From a virus (Duplodnaviria; Caudoviricetes), in the IMG/VR virus record IMGVR_UViG_3300033076_000855, positions 1-56,764 of that record: a DNA stretch of 56,764 nt, one strand, 5' to 3'. A program made the position numbers and the translations under genes. The notes beneath the pieces were generated by a model. The model had not been told where the DNA came from. It worked only from the letters and a program-made list of their open reading frames with translations, and ran no database searches. Positions 18,380-27,679 of the stretch are shown one piece after another. Within the stretch, counting starts at the first letter, position 1. Every line of letters starts with the position of its first letter.

Positions 18380-19423
18380 TTACAGCTTGCGTTCTTCTTG
18401 CTTGAGCTTCAGCAGTTGCTCACGTGTGAGCATGCCGCGCAGGTCATTGTATTTGCTGACCAGGTCGATCGGAGACAGGTTGCCGATGTCCGTGTTGAAG
18501 CTGGTCTGCGTCTCACGCATGCGCGTGGTGCGGGTGCTCTCGCGAGTGGTGTTGTCTTGAGCGATGCGCGCCTGGAACCTGCCCGCGGGCGAGTTCGGGT
18601 CCGTGACGTTGGCTTTGCTCTCGTCCTTCTTCGGCTCAGTCTTGGGCGCAGTAGGCGCTGCAGGCGCTGCGGCCGGAGCTGCGTCGTTGCCCTTGCCGAA
18701 CAGCAGGCCGCGCAGCACGTTGTCGCCACCTGCGCCAGCACCGCCAGTGCCGCCCTGGTCCAGCAGGTCCAGCATCTGGTTCTGCAACTGACGCTGACGC
18801 GCGACCAGAGACTGGGCGTTGGGAGATTTCTCGTCCCACATACCCTCGGCCTTGGCCTTCGTGATTGCCTTGCTGATGTCGCCCAGCTCGTCGTCGATCA
18901 CCTTGATCCGCGCGCTGACACGGGGGTCGAGGCGCTTGCCCTGATCGCCCTGTGCACGCACCTGAGCGACGCTGCGCTCGCCAGCAGAACCAGCCACGTC
19001 GAGCGCCGACACACCGGCCAGGTAGCCCTTGTCCTTGGCCAACGTGGTGGTCTCGGTAATCTTGCGCTGCGTGGCGTCCTGGGACTTGGTGTCCTCCAAC
19101 GGCTTCTTGGCGTCGTACTCGACCTTGTCCGCATTGGCGTTGACCGGGGCGAGCGCCACGCGGTTGCCTGCGGCCAGTTCGCCCTTGGTGCGATCGGCGT
19201 CGGCCAGGGTCTTGAGGTACTCGGGGCTGAGCTTGCGAGCTTCTTCGCCCTGGGCGCGCTTGAGGTCCAGGTCTTTGATGCGCTGGTCCTTCAAGACTTC
19301 CATCTCGTTCAGCTCGCGCTGCAGGTCCAGCTTCTTGCCGCTCTCGTACTCGGTCTTGGCGACCTGGCCGTAAGCGTCTGCGCCGCCCTTGAGCGCGCCA
19401 GCAATGAGTCCACCGAAATCCAT
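18380..19423 (-). CDS. Putative internal virion/ejection protein
   Basis: Gly-rich N-terminus, helical; position in the ejection cluster. Confidence 0.65.
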   Translation of the reverse strand: MDFGGLIAGALKGGADAYGQVAKTEYESGKKLDLQRELNEMEVLKDQRIKDLDLKRAQGEEARKLSPEYLKTLADADRTKGELAAGNRVALAPVNANADKVEYDAKKPLEDTKSQDATQRKITETTTLAKDKGYLAGVSALDVAGSAGERSVAQVRAQGDQGKRLDPRVSARIKVIDDELGDISKAITKAKAEGMWDEKSPNAQSLVARQRQLQNQMLDLLDQGGTGGAGAGGDNVLRGLLFGKGNDAAPAAAPAAPTAPKTEPKKDESKANVTDPNSPAGRFQARIAQDNTTRESTRTTRMRETQTSFNTDIGNLSPIDLVSKYNDLRGMLTREQLLKLKQEERKL

Positions 19424-19424
19424 C

Positions 19425-19925
19425 TCAGGCTCCCATCTGCTGCGCGGCAGCGTCCACCTTCTTCGTGTCGTACTGGTCGACCAGCGAAGCGATCTTGTCC
19501 GGCGACTGGCCGAACTTCTCCATGATCACTTCGATCATGATCTGCATGGCGTCACCGATGTCCTTGTCGGTGGGCTTGGCCAGGCCGCCACGCTTGACGA
19601 AATCCACGGCCTGCATCAGCAGCTCGATCCCGGCAGGGATCAGCAGCTGCGGGGGCATGGTCTGGTTCGATTCCTTGAAGAGCATCAGCATCAGGCCAGC
19701 GACGCCCTGGCCCAGCTTCTGCGCGATCGGCCCTTGGCCTTCGAGCTGCTGCAGCACCTGGCTGTGCGTCTCCTCGGAGAACATCACCTTCATGCCAGCG
19801 AGCACGACGCGGTCGAAGCCCTCTTGCAGGTCCGCCGGAATGTGCATGTTCTCGCGCACGCTCTCGGGCGTGAGGCTCTCGCCCTCGGATTTGCCCATGT
19901 TGTCTTGAATGATTCCCGTTGCCAT
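19425..19925 (-). CDS. Hypothetical virion protein
   Basis: AGGAG RBS, codon bias, position. Confidence 0.7.
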   Translation of the reverse strand: MATGIIQDNMGKSEGESLTPESVRENMHIPADLQEGFDRVVLAGMKVMFSEETHSQVLQQLEGQGPIAQKLGQGVAGLMLMLFKESNQTMPPQLLIPAGIELLMQAVDFVKRGGLAKPTDKDIGDAMQIMIEVIMEKFGQSPDKIASLVDQYDTKKVDAAAQQMGA

Positions 19926-19935
19926 GTCGTTCTCC

Positions 19936-21057
19936 TTATCCCACTCGGTTGCCTGAGATCAGGCCGGTCTGCGCTTGCGGCAGCATCACGAAGCGCGTGC
20001 GCGGGTCGACCGGCGCAACGACGGCATTCGGGTTGACCGTCACGCCTTGATTGACCTGACTGTAACCGGCGTTCAAACGCGCCAAGCGGTCCTTGGCCTG
20101 TTGCAGCTCGTAGGCCGTCTTGTCGGCTTGCGCCTGGCGCAGCTCGGCGTCGGCCTGCAGCTGCCGCTTCTGCGCAGTCGACTTGCCGCTCAGCATGTCG
20201 GCCGCGCCGCCAACCGCTTGGGCTGCGACATACGCGCCCATGGGGTTGGTCTTCGTGAAGTTCATGAGATCGCTGCCAAAGCCCTTGACGCTATCGATCA
20301 AACCCTTGGGTTGAGCGGCGGCGGTGTTCAGGTCGAGCTGAGCCTGGGCCAGGCCCGACGGGTCGGCGCTCAGCGCCGCAGGGCTGCCCGCTGGCACCGG
20401 ATTGCCGAACGAGTCGAACGACATCGCCGGTCCGGCCGAAGGCGGCATCACCACCTCTGGGCCTACGGGCGGCGCCACGCCGGGAACTTCCACCACGGGG
20501 GCGTTGATGGACGGCGCTGCGGTGACAGGCGCTTCAAGCGGCGCGGTGAGGTTCGCGGTTTGCAGCGCTTGAGGCGTCGAGGCGGCAGCCGGGGCAGCAG
20601 CCGCTTCTGCAGCAGTGCTGGCAGCAGTACTGGCAGCGGCTTCACCGCCAGCCGCTGCGGCGGTTTCAGCACCGGCCTTTGCCGCCTCGCCAGCTGCCGC
20701 CTCGCCCACGGCAGTCGTTGCACCAGCCTGAGCCAGGTTGGACAGCGCCAGGCCGCCCGAGCCGATCAGGCCGACGATCGCGCCAAACTTCTGCAGCTTG
20801 GCGTTGCCGGACACGTTCCCGATCAGGCTGAGCGCGCCACCGGCCATGGCCATGCCGCCCAAGACCATCGCCCCGAGAGTCGCACCTGCGGCAGTGGCGG
20901 CGCCGTAGCCCGCCACCATGGAGCCGATGGCCAGGATGGCGCTTACCGGCTCGCGCCGCTCACCGTATGCGGGACCACCGAACGGGTCGCCGATCGGGTG
21001 GTCGAGCGCCATGGCGCGTGTCATCTCACGCGACAGGTACGTCTTCTCGAAGTTCAT
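19936..21057 (-). CDS. Putative DNA ejection (pilot) protein
   Basis: Gly/Ala-rich hydrophobic N-terminal segments and Ala/Pro-rich linker. Confidence 0.65.
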   Translation of the reverse strand: MNFEKTYLSREMTRAMALDHPIGDPFGGPAYGERREPVSAILAIGSMVAGYGAATAAGATLGAMVLGGMAMAGGALSLIGNVSGNAKLQKFGAIVGLIGSGGLALSNLAQAGATTAVGEAAAGEAAKAGAETAAAAGGEAAASTAASTAAEAAAAPAAASTPQALQTANLTAPLEAPVTAAPSINAPVVEVPGVAPPVGPEVVMPPSAGPAMSFDSFGNPVPAGSPAALSADPSGLAQAQLDLNTAAAQPKGLIDSVKGFGSDLMNFTKTNPMGAYVAAQAVGGAADMLSGKSTAQKRQLQADAELRQAQADKTAYELQQAKDRLARLNAGYSQVNQGVTVNPNAVVAPVDPRTRFVMLPQAQTGLISGNRVG

Positions 21058-21446
21058 TGGGTTTTCCTTTCAAACGGCAGGCAGCCGAGCATGAAGTACT
21101 CGAACTGCGTGTCCTTCCACGTGGGCTTGAAGCCCATCCTCTGGACAAATTTCTTCTCACCTGCGCGCTCAAGGCGCACACGCGTGGTGAGAAACCCACG
21201 GCGCTCCAGCAGCGGCGTGAGGAAGTCGCGGATGATTCCGCGAAGCGAGAACGCCGGGCGCCAATCCGGCACCAGAGCGAAATGGATTTCCGTCCCGTTG
21301 ACGATGGCGCTGCCGATGTGCTCGCCGTCCATCATCACGGGGATTGCCTCCCAGCCCTCCAGGGCTTTGAGGATGTCGAAGCGCGAGAACGCAGTGCCGC
21401 GTCGGATCGATGAGATCAGCGGCTCGAGAACTGCCTCGCGATCCAT
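21054..21446 (-). CDS. GNAT-fold protein
   Basis: EIHFALVPDWR...KFVQRMGFKP; GNAT-like genes commonly sit among podovirus internal protein genes. Confidence 0.55.
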   Translation of the reverse strand: MDREAVLEPLISSIRRGTAFSRFDILKALEGWEAIPVMMDGEHIGSAIVNGTEIHFALVPDWRPAFSLRGIIRDFLTPLLERRGFLTTRVRLERAGEKKFVQRMGFKPTWKDTQFEYFMLGCLPFERKTQ

Positions 21447-22573
21447 CAGAAGGTGATCAGCTCTTTCAGACCAGAGATGCCAGAGGTCGTGCTGATGATC
21501 GACATCGCGTTCCTCAGGGCGTCCTTCTGGGCGTTAACCGCAGCCTGTTTTGGAGACACGCCGTTGACGCCATCCGCCGGGTTTGCACTGAGGTCCGGGT
21601 TGGCCATGATGTCGGCGATGTTCTTCGAGGTCTGCTGGAAGATTTCGTTGGCGCTCGCCGTCGACTGCATCTGAATCTTGTAGGCCGCCTCAGTGGCTGC
21701 CAGGTCTTTACGCGTCTGCTGGTCCATCTCGGTCAGCTGCAGCTTGTTCGCCGCGTCCGCGTTGGCCGTGGCCACCGACAGCGCTTGGTCCATCTGCTTG
21801 GCCACCTGGGCGTTGAGCTGTTGGGCGTAGTTGAGCGACGCGGTGTTGGCCGAGCCAGCGGTGAACTGCGCGGCCTGGTTCTGCGCCTGCGCGTTCGCCA
21901 GGTCGGCGGTGTTCTTGGCGCTGGCGGTGAACTGGTCGGCGTTGTTCTGGGCTTGCGCATTGAACTGCGCAGCCTGGTTGGAGGCAGCAGCGCCGAACTG
22001 AGCGGCGGCGTTCTGGGCGTTCTGGTTCTGCGCTGCAGCCTGGTTGAGCTGCGTGGCGGTGAACTGCTTGGCGGTGTTGGTCTGGCCAGCGTTGAACTGC
22101 GCCATGTTGTTGGCCGCAGCCGCGTTAGTCTGGCCAGCCTGGGCGTTGACCTGCGCGTCCTGCTGCGCGATCGGCAGAGCGTTCTTGACCATGGCGTCGT
22201 AGCCCGCGCCGATGGCCATGCTGGAGTTCACCAGGCCGCGCTTGTTCATGTCGCCCAGGGCGGCCGTCTTGGCCTGCTGCAGCAGCGGCGAGTTCGAGTC
22301 GAGGATGCCCTTGAGCTGACCCTGAACGGTCTGATCGCTGCCCACGTTCCAGTTGGTCAGGTTGCCGTTGCTGGCGTCGTAGCCCTGCGCGGACATGTTG
22401 GCCGCGTCGTAGCCCTTGGAACCGGCGGTCGTGGCGTTGAACCCAGTCGCGCCCGCCGTGGCGGCGTCATACCCGGTGGACTCGGGGGCAGCGGACGAGT
22501 TGACGGCCGCCTGCAGGTTTGACGCGTTGGGCAGGGTGTTGGTGATGTTGAATGGGTTGTTCGTAGTAGCCAT
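21446..22573 (-). CDS. Internal virion protein, N/Q/A-rich repeats
   Basis: RGLVNSSMAIGA motif; 11-aa N-x-A-x-Q-F-x-A repeats. Confidence 0.7.
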   Translation of the reverse strand: MATTNNPFNITNTLPNASNLQAAVNSSAAPESTGYDAATAGATGFNATTAGSKGYDAANMSAQGYDASNGNLTNWNVGSDQTVQGQLKGILDSNSPLLQQAKTAALGDMNKRGLVNSSMAIGAGYDAMVKNALPIAQQDAQVNAQAGQTNAAAANNMAQFNAGQTNTAKQFTATQLNQAAAQNQNAQNAAAQFGAAASNQAAQFNAQAQNNADQFTASAKNTADLANAQAQNQAAQFTAGSANTASLNYAQQLNAQVAKQMDQALSVATANADAANKLQLTEMDQQTRKDLAATEAAYKIQMQSTASANEIFQQTSKNIADIMANPDLSANPADGVNGVSPKQAAVNAQKDALRNAMSIISTTSGISGLKELITF

Positions 22574-22584
22574 GTCGGCCCCTC

Positions 22585-22672
22585 AAAAGCAAAAAGCCGC
22601 GGCTGTCGCACGCGGCTTTCTATAGGCACAATTTCCCCCACAAATTTTAGCGGGGGTTCGTAAGTTAATCAA
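22585..22672 (-). promoter_or_regulatory. Late promoter module C (sigma70-like promoter plus terminator)
   Basis: TTGATT-17-TAAAAT-TTGT-GGGGG, then AAAGCCGCG hairpin and T-tract. Confidence 0.7.
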
Positions 22673-22685
22673 ACGTAAGCAATGC

Positions 22686-23324
22686 TTACGTAGTTGCGGT
22701 CTCCCCGAGCACTTCGAGCGCTTTGAGCGTGTGCGCCACGCGGTCGGGCAATCCGATCGTTCCACCGTTGATCCGCTTGGTCAGGTTGATCCAGGTGGGA
22801 CGGTTGTTGCTGTCCAGCGGCAGGCCAAACTCGGCCAGGTCGTTGCAGCCATGCGTGGCCCAGAACCAGCCAGCGCTGTGAGCGGCGTACTGGGGCGTGC
22901 GCACCAGGTCGGGCTTCATCACGAAGTCGACGCCCATGGCTTTGCTGAAGTGGTAGAAGTTGTCGTGGCCCGTGAGCTGCACCCAGCCGGAGCCGCGGAA
23001 ACGCCAGCCGTCATCGCTCTCCTCGCCGCGGTTGCCCATGCGGTTGGCGTAGACCTTGTTGGCGATCTTGCGCGGGTTGCGGTGGTACGGCTGCGCATCG
23101 GCCAGGGTCTTGAACCGACTCGGCCAGATTTTGCACAGGCGATCGGCCGCGTAGTTGAGGTTCTCTTCGATCTTCGTGAAGTTGCCGGACTCATGGCCGC
23201 ACTGGCCGATGAAGGCTGCCTGCTGGCGTGGCGTCACGATGCCCCAGCGTTGGAACACTTCGTTGAACACCGGCGCAAGCTCCGGCTTGATGTGCAGGCG
23301 CTGCAGTTGATCAGCGGTCACCAT
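22686..23324 (-). CDS. Endolysin, glycoside hydrolase family 19
   Basis: AAFIGQCGHES, ENLNY, YANRMGN, GWRFRGSGWVQLTG, TKRINGG. Confidence 0.92.
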   Translation of the reverse strand: MVTADQLQRLHIKPELAPVFNEVFQRWGIVTPRQQAAFIGQCGHESGNFTKIEENLNYAADRLCKIWPSRFKTLADAQPYHRNPRKIANKVYANRMGNRGEESDDGWRFRGSGWVQLTGHDNFYHFSKAMGVDFVMKPDLVRTPQYAAHSAGWFWATHGCNDLAEFGLPLDSNNRPTWINLTKRINGGTIGLPDRVAHTLKALEVLGETATT

Positions 23325-23784
23325 TCATTTGCTCCCTGACGGCGTTGTAGGTGTCGATGCAGGCGTTGAGCTGGTTGATGGCTCGGTCCCCGTCGGCGAC
23401 GATGGCTGCAATAGCTTCAAGAGTCTGTCGCTCAGATTCGCTTGGCGCTTCTGCGCGATCTCCGCTGGCAGCGGGGGCATCTTGGGCGGCTGGTACACAA
23501 CGGGCGGCGGGGAGGCGCACCCGGCCAGCGCGAATAGCGCGATCGAGATCAGACTGTTTTTGGTCAATGACATGGTTGGCCTCCAGAAGCTGCTTGGAGC
23601 TGGTGTTGACTTGTTCGATGAGGCGCTGCTCCAGGGCACGCGCCGCCTCGTTCTTCTTTGCGATCTCGGCCTGCATCTCCACATCGCGCTCGGTCCAGCC
23701 CTTGTGGAAGCCGAAGCGGTAGATGCCGAAGATCACCAGCAGCGTGACGATCACGCCAAGGGCCAGGCGCTGCAGGCTGCTCAT
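23311..23784 (-). CDS. Rz-like inner-membrane spanin
   Basis: N-terminal TM, coiled coil, GRVRL...C, QLNAC. Confidence 0.85.
   Translation of the reverse strand: MSSLQRLALGVIVTLLVIFGIYRFGFHKGWTERDVEMQAEIAKKNEAARALEQRLIEQVNTSSKQLLEANHVIDQKQSDLDRAIRAGRVRLPAARCVPAAQDAPAASGDRAEAPSESERQTLEAIAAIVADGDRAINQLNACIDTYNAVREQMNGDR
23325..23573 (-). CDS. Rz1-like outer-membrane spanin lipoprotein, embedded in Rz
   Basis: MSLTKNSLISIALFALAG-C lipobox, Pro-rich, alternate frame inside Rz. Confidence 0.8.
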   Translation of the reverse strand: MSLTKNSLISIALFALAGCASPPPVVYQPPKMPPLPAEIAQKRQANLSDRLLKLLQPSSPTGTEPSTSSTPASTPTTPSGSK

Positions 23785-24281
23785 CCCGCAGCTCCTGCCG
23801 CGCGCTCTTGCGCGATCTCTTCGACTTCAGGGTGGATGTAGGTCGCCGGAGTCTTGGGCGGCGGGGGCGGCGTCCAGCTCTCATCGAGTGCCGGGTTCTC
23901 GAAGCCCATCCAGTTCCAGTTGGGCATCGCGCTGGTTGCGGGCGCCGCGGGCGCAGGTGCGCTCGTCACCGTTGTCGTGGTGGTTGTCACCGGTGGCGGC
24001 GCGATAGCGTTGGCCACCGCGCCCACGCCCTTCTTCCCGATCACGCCACCGATGCCACCGACGATGAGCAGCACGATGTCGTTCAGCATCTTCGTGTAGG
24101 CCTGGTCGATCGGCGCCATCGACTTGATGGGCTGCGTCACGAACGTCACGCTGTACAGCAGCGCCACGACGATGAAGCACAGGATCAGCGTGACCGCGAC
24201 GACCACGAAGCCCCAGATGCGGACTTCAATGTCCTCAGCGCTGAGACGAGGCGTCGGATGCTGGTGGTTGCGGTTGAGCAA
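23781..24281 (-). CDS. Two-TM membrane protein, holin candidate
   Basis: Two hydrophobic helices; in the lysis cassette. Confidence 0.55.
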   Translation of the reverse strand: MLNRNHQHPTPRLSAEDIEVRIWGFVVVAVTLILCFIVVALLYSVTFVTQPIKSMAPIDQAYTKMLNDIVLLIVGGIGGVIGKKGVGAVANAIAPPPVTTTTTTVTSAPAPAAPATSAMPNWNWMGFENPALDESWTPPPPPKTPATYIHPEVEEIAQERAAGAAG

Positions 24282-24456
24282 TTTGCTTCTCCAGGATGGG
24301 GGCGACCAGGTATTCAGGGCACTGCTGAGTGAAGAGGCACTTGGGCTTCTGGCACTCCGGCAGCGCGAACTTGTCCGGGTTCTGGCAGGGGTAGCGGTAG
24401 CGCTCTTCGCACGCAGTGGCGAAGAGCATCAGCGCGATGGCGACGAAGTACTTCAT
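24235..24456 (-). CDS. Cys-rich lipoprotein
   Basis: Lipobox ATA-C; YRYPCQ...ECQKPKC...CPEY. Confidence 0.7.
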   Translation of the reverse strand: MKYFVAIALMLFATACEERYRYPCQNPDKFALPECQKPKCLFTQQCPEYLVAPILEKQIAQPQPPASDASSQR

Positions 24457-24629
24457 ACGCGGACGTCCACAGAGTTGATGGAAGGCTTGGGCTGAACGGC
24501 CGCCTGCTTGTTGTTGGCTTCCTTGACCTGGCAGTTGAGGCGCTCCAGCTCCTTGAGATTTCTCTCATGGGACACGCGGTACGCCTCACGCTGCTGCTGC
24601 AGGTACAGCTCTCGGATCGAAACTCTCAT
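24453..24629 (-). CDS. Small hypothetical protein (MRVSIRELYLQQQ..., 58 aa)
   Basis: Manual translation; ATGA overlaps at both ends. Confidence 0.55.
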   Translation of the reverse strand: MRVSIRELYLQQQREAYRVSHERNLKELERLNCQVKEANNKQAAVQPKPSINSVDVRV

Positions 24630-24784
24630 AGGCCCACCTTGCTCAGCAGGCCGTCGATGATCCGCTCAACGATGTGCACAGGCAGATGCGGCAGCACGTC
24701 GATGAACACCCAGACGAAGCCCAGGTAACAGGTGATCTTGAACCACTGGTCCAAGCCCTTGCGCCAGTCGCCGTCATCGCCCAC
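24626..24784 (-). CDS. Small membrane protein (52 aa)
   Basis: Manual translation: WFKITCYLGFVWVFIDVLPHL; coupled to its neighbours. Confidence 0.55.
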   Translation of the reverse strand: MGDDGDWRKGLDQWFKITCYLGFVWVFIDVLPHLPVHIVERIIDGLLSKVGL

Positions 24785-25265
24785 ACCGTGCGCTCTTGCA
24801 GTAGGCGAAGAACTCCATGAGTCCCCAGCCAGCGACGATCAGGAACACAAGGACGATGCCCACAGCCAGGAGGATTTCGTTGATCTCCGCCTGGCGCTGC
24901 TTCGCCTTCTTGGCGCGGGTGCGCTCGCGGTCGGCTTCGAGCTTGTCCTCCTGGTCCATCTCGGCGACGCGCTGCTGGATGCTCTTCCACACGTCCATGT
25001 TCCCGGACGAGAAGAACAGGTTCTTCAGGTCGGTCTCGAAGTCTTTCTGGGACTTGAGGGCCAGTTCGATTTCGATGGCCTTGCCCATGTTCGAGCCGCC
25101 TGCCTTCTTCGCTTCTCGCGCGGCCTTGGTGGCCACCTGCTTGGCGTCGAAGTACTTTCCGATAAGCGGCCCCAGGCTGGCGACGTTGTCGACCGTGCCG
25201 GACGCCTTCTTAATCATGCTCACTGCGGCGTTCACCGCGGCCAGTGCGCTCACCGGATCAATCAT
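24774..25265 (-). CDS. Hypothetical protein with C-terminal TM helix (MIDPVSALAA type)
   Basis: GGGGAG RBS; TM helix near the C-terminus. Confidence 0.75.
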   Translation of the reverse strand: MIDPVSALAAVNAAVSMIKKASGTVDNVASLGPLIGKYFDAKQVATKAAREAKKAGGSNMGKAIEIELALKSQKDFETDLKNLFFSSGNMDVWKSIQQRVAEMDQEDKLEADRERTRAKKAKQRQAEINEILLAVGIVLVFLIVAGWGLMEFFAYCKSARCGR

Positions 25266-25288
25266 TCTTTTTCTCCCCTACAAACAAC

Positions 25289-25312
25289 AAGGCCCGCACT
25301 CGGCGGGCCTCT
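25289..25312. terminator. Terminator-like hairpin between the tail and lysis genes
   Basis: AGGCCCGC-actcg-GCGGGCCT. Confidence 0.55.
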
Positions 25313-25328
25313 TCTTACGTGTCAGGCT

Positions 25329-25760
25329 TCACGGCTTTGGGTACTTGGCTTTCACAGCCAGGCAAGCGTCGATGTAAGCCTGCACCTGCGCCTGATCACC
25401 CTTGACGATGCCGTCAAGGTAGTCAGACATCGGCGGATACTCTGCGGCGCGCTGGCGACGGCACTCAGCGACTGCACGGGCATGCTCTGCTGCCACCGCC
25501 GCGTCAATCTCTTGTTGCGAGAAAGGAACCACGGCGCGCGTGACGATGACCACGCCATCGCCAACGGCCAGCGTTTCTTCGCCGTAGCGCTCGTACTGAC
25601 CAAGCGCGGGCGATTGGTCGACAGGAGGCAACCAAGCGCAGTCGGAAACGCCGAGCGCGGGGTCGGTCCAAGAGAGGTCCGCCAATGACGCCGGTTCGAG
25701 TCCGTGCAAGAAGTCCGGGACGGGGGCGCGGGTTGCGGTGTTGTTTTGAACTTTGATCAT
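25329..25760 (-). CDS. Tail fibre assembly/chaperone-like protein
   Basis: RAAEYPP...YLDGIVKGD...CLAVKAKYPKP C-terminus; follows the fibre genes. Confidence 0.65.
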   Translation of the reverse strand: MIKVQNNTATRAPVPDFLHGLEPASLADLSWTDPALGVSDCAWLPPVDQSPALGQYERYGEETLAVGDGVVIVTRAVVPFSQQEIDAAVAAEHARAVAECRRQRAAEYPPMSDYLDGIVKGDQAQVQAYIDACLAVKAKYPKP

Positions 25761-25761
25761 G

Positions 25762-27237
25762 TCACGATGCCTTGAAAAGAACCAAGGAGAGCGCTTTGTA
25801 GTTGGTCGCGTTGTATTCAGCTTTTGACGTTCCGAGGAAGACTGTCGGGCTAATGCTGCAATCGGTAACGACGCTCACACTGAAGTCGGTGTTGTCGCTT
25901 GCGTTGTCGGTGTAAGTGAGAACCGCAGACGTCATCCTCGGGTGCGAGTGAACACGGACGATCCCGTCGGCGTCTACGACTCGGACACTCTCATACTCAT
26001 ACGTCAGCGGCAGCAAAGTGGTGTACTTGGGGCTGATACTGGCGTCTTTGTAGATTGGGTCAACACTGTTTGCAGTTTGAGAGAACCTTGGCTTGATCGG
26101 CACGACCATTCTGCGCAGTCCGTACTTTGTCTCGGGAACACCGATGTAGGCCGGATCGTGCATGTTGCCGCTCGACGCCGATTCATTGTATGGCTGGGAC
26201 TCGCCAGTACCTGAGACGGTCGGCAGCCCGTTATCAAGGTAGAACGTCGTGCGCATGCCGTTAACGACCGTGGTGTCGTAGCTGCTTTGTGAAAAGCCTA
26301 CAGCGACCAAGTCCTTACTCACGATGGCAAACGGCCCGCTGGCGTACGAGTATGAGGAGAACCCGCCATACTGTTGGCCCACAATGGTGGTGTACGTTTT
26401 TGCTGCGATGTCAAAGGTGCTTGCCGCAATGCGGCCGATTCCGCTTGCGTCTTGGGAGATCGTGTAAGTGACGAGCTTGCCGTTGACGGTTTCCCACCAC
26501 ACAACCCACACGTACCGGGTACTGTTGTTGCCGCCCGTATCCCCAATAACAAAGCTGTCTTGAAGAGTTCCCGTGGAGTTGTATTTCAGCGCCAACAGGC
26601 GAATTGAGCCGCTGACAGTGGCGTGGCAGATAAACCAGCCAAACCCGGCCGAATCTTGGTAACTCGGCGTAAGCCCGGTGTCCCCGTAGTACGCCCCTTG
26701 GATGTTGGTCACACTTACCCCAGCGTATGTGCCCGACGCAATGGTGAGCGAGGACGGCTGGTTGAACGCACCGTGGCTGGTAATGCTCCCTGTCGTCAGG
26801 TCCAGTCGCTTCCAGTTTCCGTCCCAGTTCTGCGGAGTGACGAGGTAGTTGCCAGAGACAAAGCTGATCCCGCTGCGCATCCGCATCGTGGGCCCGGAAA
26901 CGCCGTCGCCGTTGCTCGAATCCGTGAGGAGTGTGATGCCTGCTTCAGTGATCGACGCGAGCGCAAACCGGTAGGTCTCGTATGAGCCGTTGTAGTACTG
27001 ATACGGGATGACGAACTTGCCGCCGCCGACGTGAGTGATCTTTGCGTACGAATCGTTGCCAAAGTTGACGCTGGACGCGTAGAACGAGGTGACCTGCACT
27101 TTAGTCGACAGGTCCGCTTGGTAGAGCTTGGGGCCGGAGGCAACCGCCGCAGCCGCAGCAGGAACTGCGCGGCGCGGCAACCCACCAAGGCCGTTGCCGA
27201 CAGCAGGAGCGCCTTGAGCGCCGTATGGGTATGCCAT
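25762..27237 (-). CDS. Putative receptor-binding/tail protein, beta-rich
   Basis: S/T/G/Y-rich, atypical codon usage, in the tail cluster. Confidence 0.6.
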   Translation of the reverse strand: MAYPYGAQGAPAVGNGLGGLPRRAVPAAAAAVASGPKLYQADLSTKVQVTSFYASSVNFGNDSYAKITHVGGGKFVIPYQYYNGSYETYRFALASITEAGITLLTDSSNGDGVSGPTMRMRSGISFVSGNYLVTPQNWDGNWKRLDLTTGSITSHGAFNQPSSLTIASGTYAGVSVTNIQGAYYGDTGLTPSYQDSAGFGWFICHATVSGSIRLLALKYNSTGTLQDSFVIGDTGGNNSTRYVWVVWWETVNGKLVTYTISQDASGIGRIAASTFDIAAKTYTTIVGQQYGGFSSYSYASGPFAIVSKDLVAVGFSQSSYDTTVVNGMRTTFYLDNGLPTVSGTGESQPYNESASSGNMHDPAYIGVPETKYGLRRMVVPIKPRFSQTANSVDPIYKDASISPKYTTLLPLTYEYESVRVVDADGIVRVHSHPRMTSAVLTYTDNASDNTDFSVSVVTDCSISPTVFLGTSKAEYNATNYKALSLVLFKAS

Positions 27238-27249
27238 TCCGCGCTCCTA

Positions 27250-27666
27250 TCAGAAGTCGGTGTACTCAGCGCGGAACACGATGCCGCTCGACGACGTGAC
27301 CTGCGTGCCCACGTAGAGCTTGTCGCCAGCTTCCAAGCGCAGTGGCGTTGTCTCGGAGTAGTTGCTGAACGAGGTTGTCGGCAGCGCGGTCGTGGTGGCA
27401 GCGGTGTAAGCCGCCATCAGGGCGCTGTCGATGACTCGCTTGGTCGTGCCGCCGTCTTTGCTCAACCACAGCACCAGGCTGCTGGCTGTCACGGTGTCGC
27501 GAGGCTGTGCGCTCAGGCGAGTCAGGATCGAACCATCAGCGCCAGCGGTCAGCAGCAGCATCGTGTTGGTCGGCGTGTCGCCAGTGACCGATGCGGATGC
27601 AGTGGTCGCGACAGCCGTCGCCGTCTTTGGAGTTTGCGCGAATGGCGCGGTGAAGGTCTTGGCCAT
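27250..27666 (-). CDS. Tail-associated beta-sandwich protein
   Basis: Position; T/A-rich; LRLEAGDKLYV. Confidence 0.6.
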   Translation of the reverse strand: MAKTFTAPFAQTPKTATAVATTASASVTGDTPTNTMLLLTAGADGSILTRLSAQPRDTVTASSLVLWLSKDGGTTKRVIDSALMAAYTAATTTALPTTSFSNYSETTPLRLEAGDKLYVGTQVTSSSGIVFRAEYTDF

Positions 27667-27679
27667 GATTTAAGTCCTT

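Noticed and set aside
21840-22150. 33-bp periodic repeats as a possible array
   Set aside because: Degenerate coding repeats (N-x-A-x-Q-F-x-A) of an internal virion protein, not repeat-spacer units.
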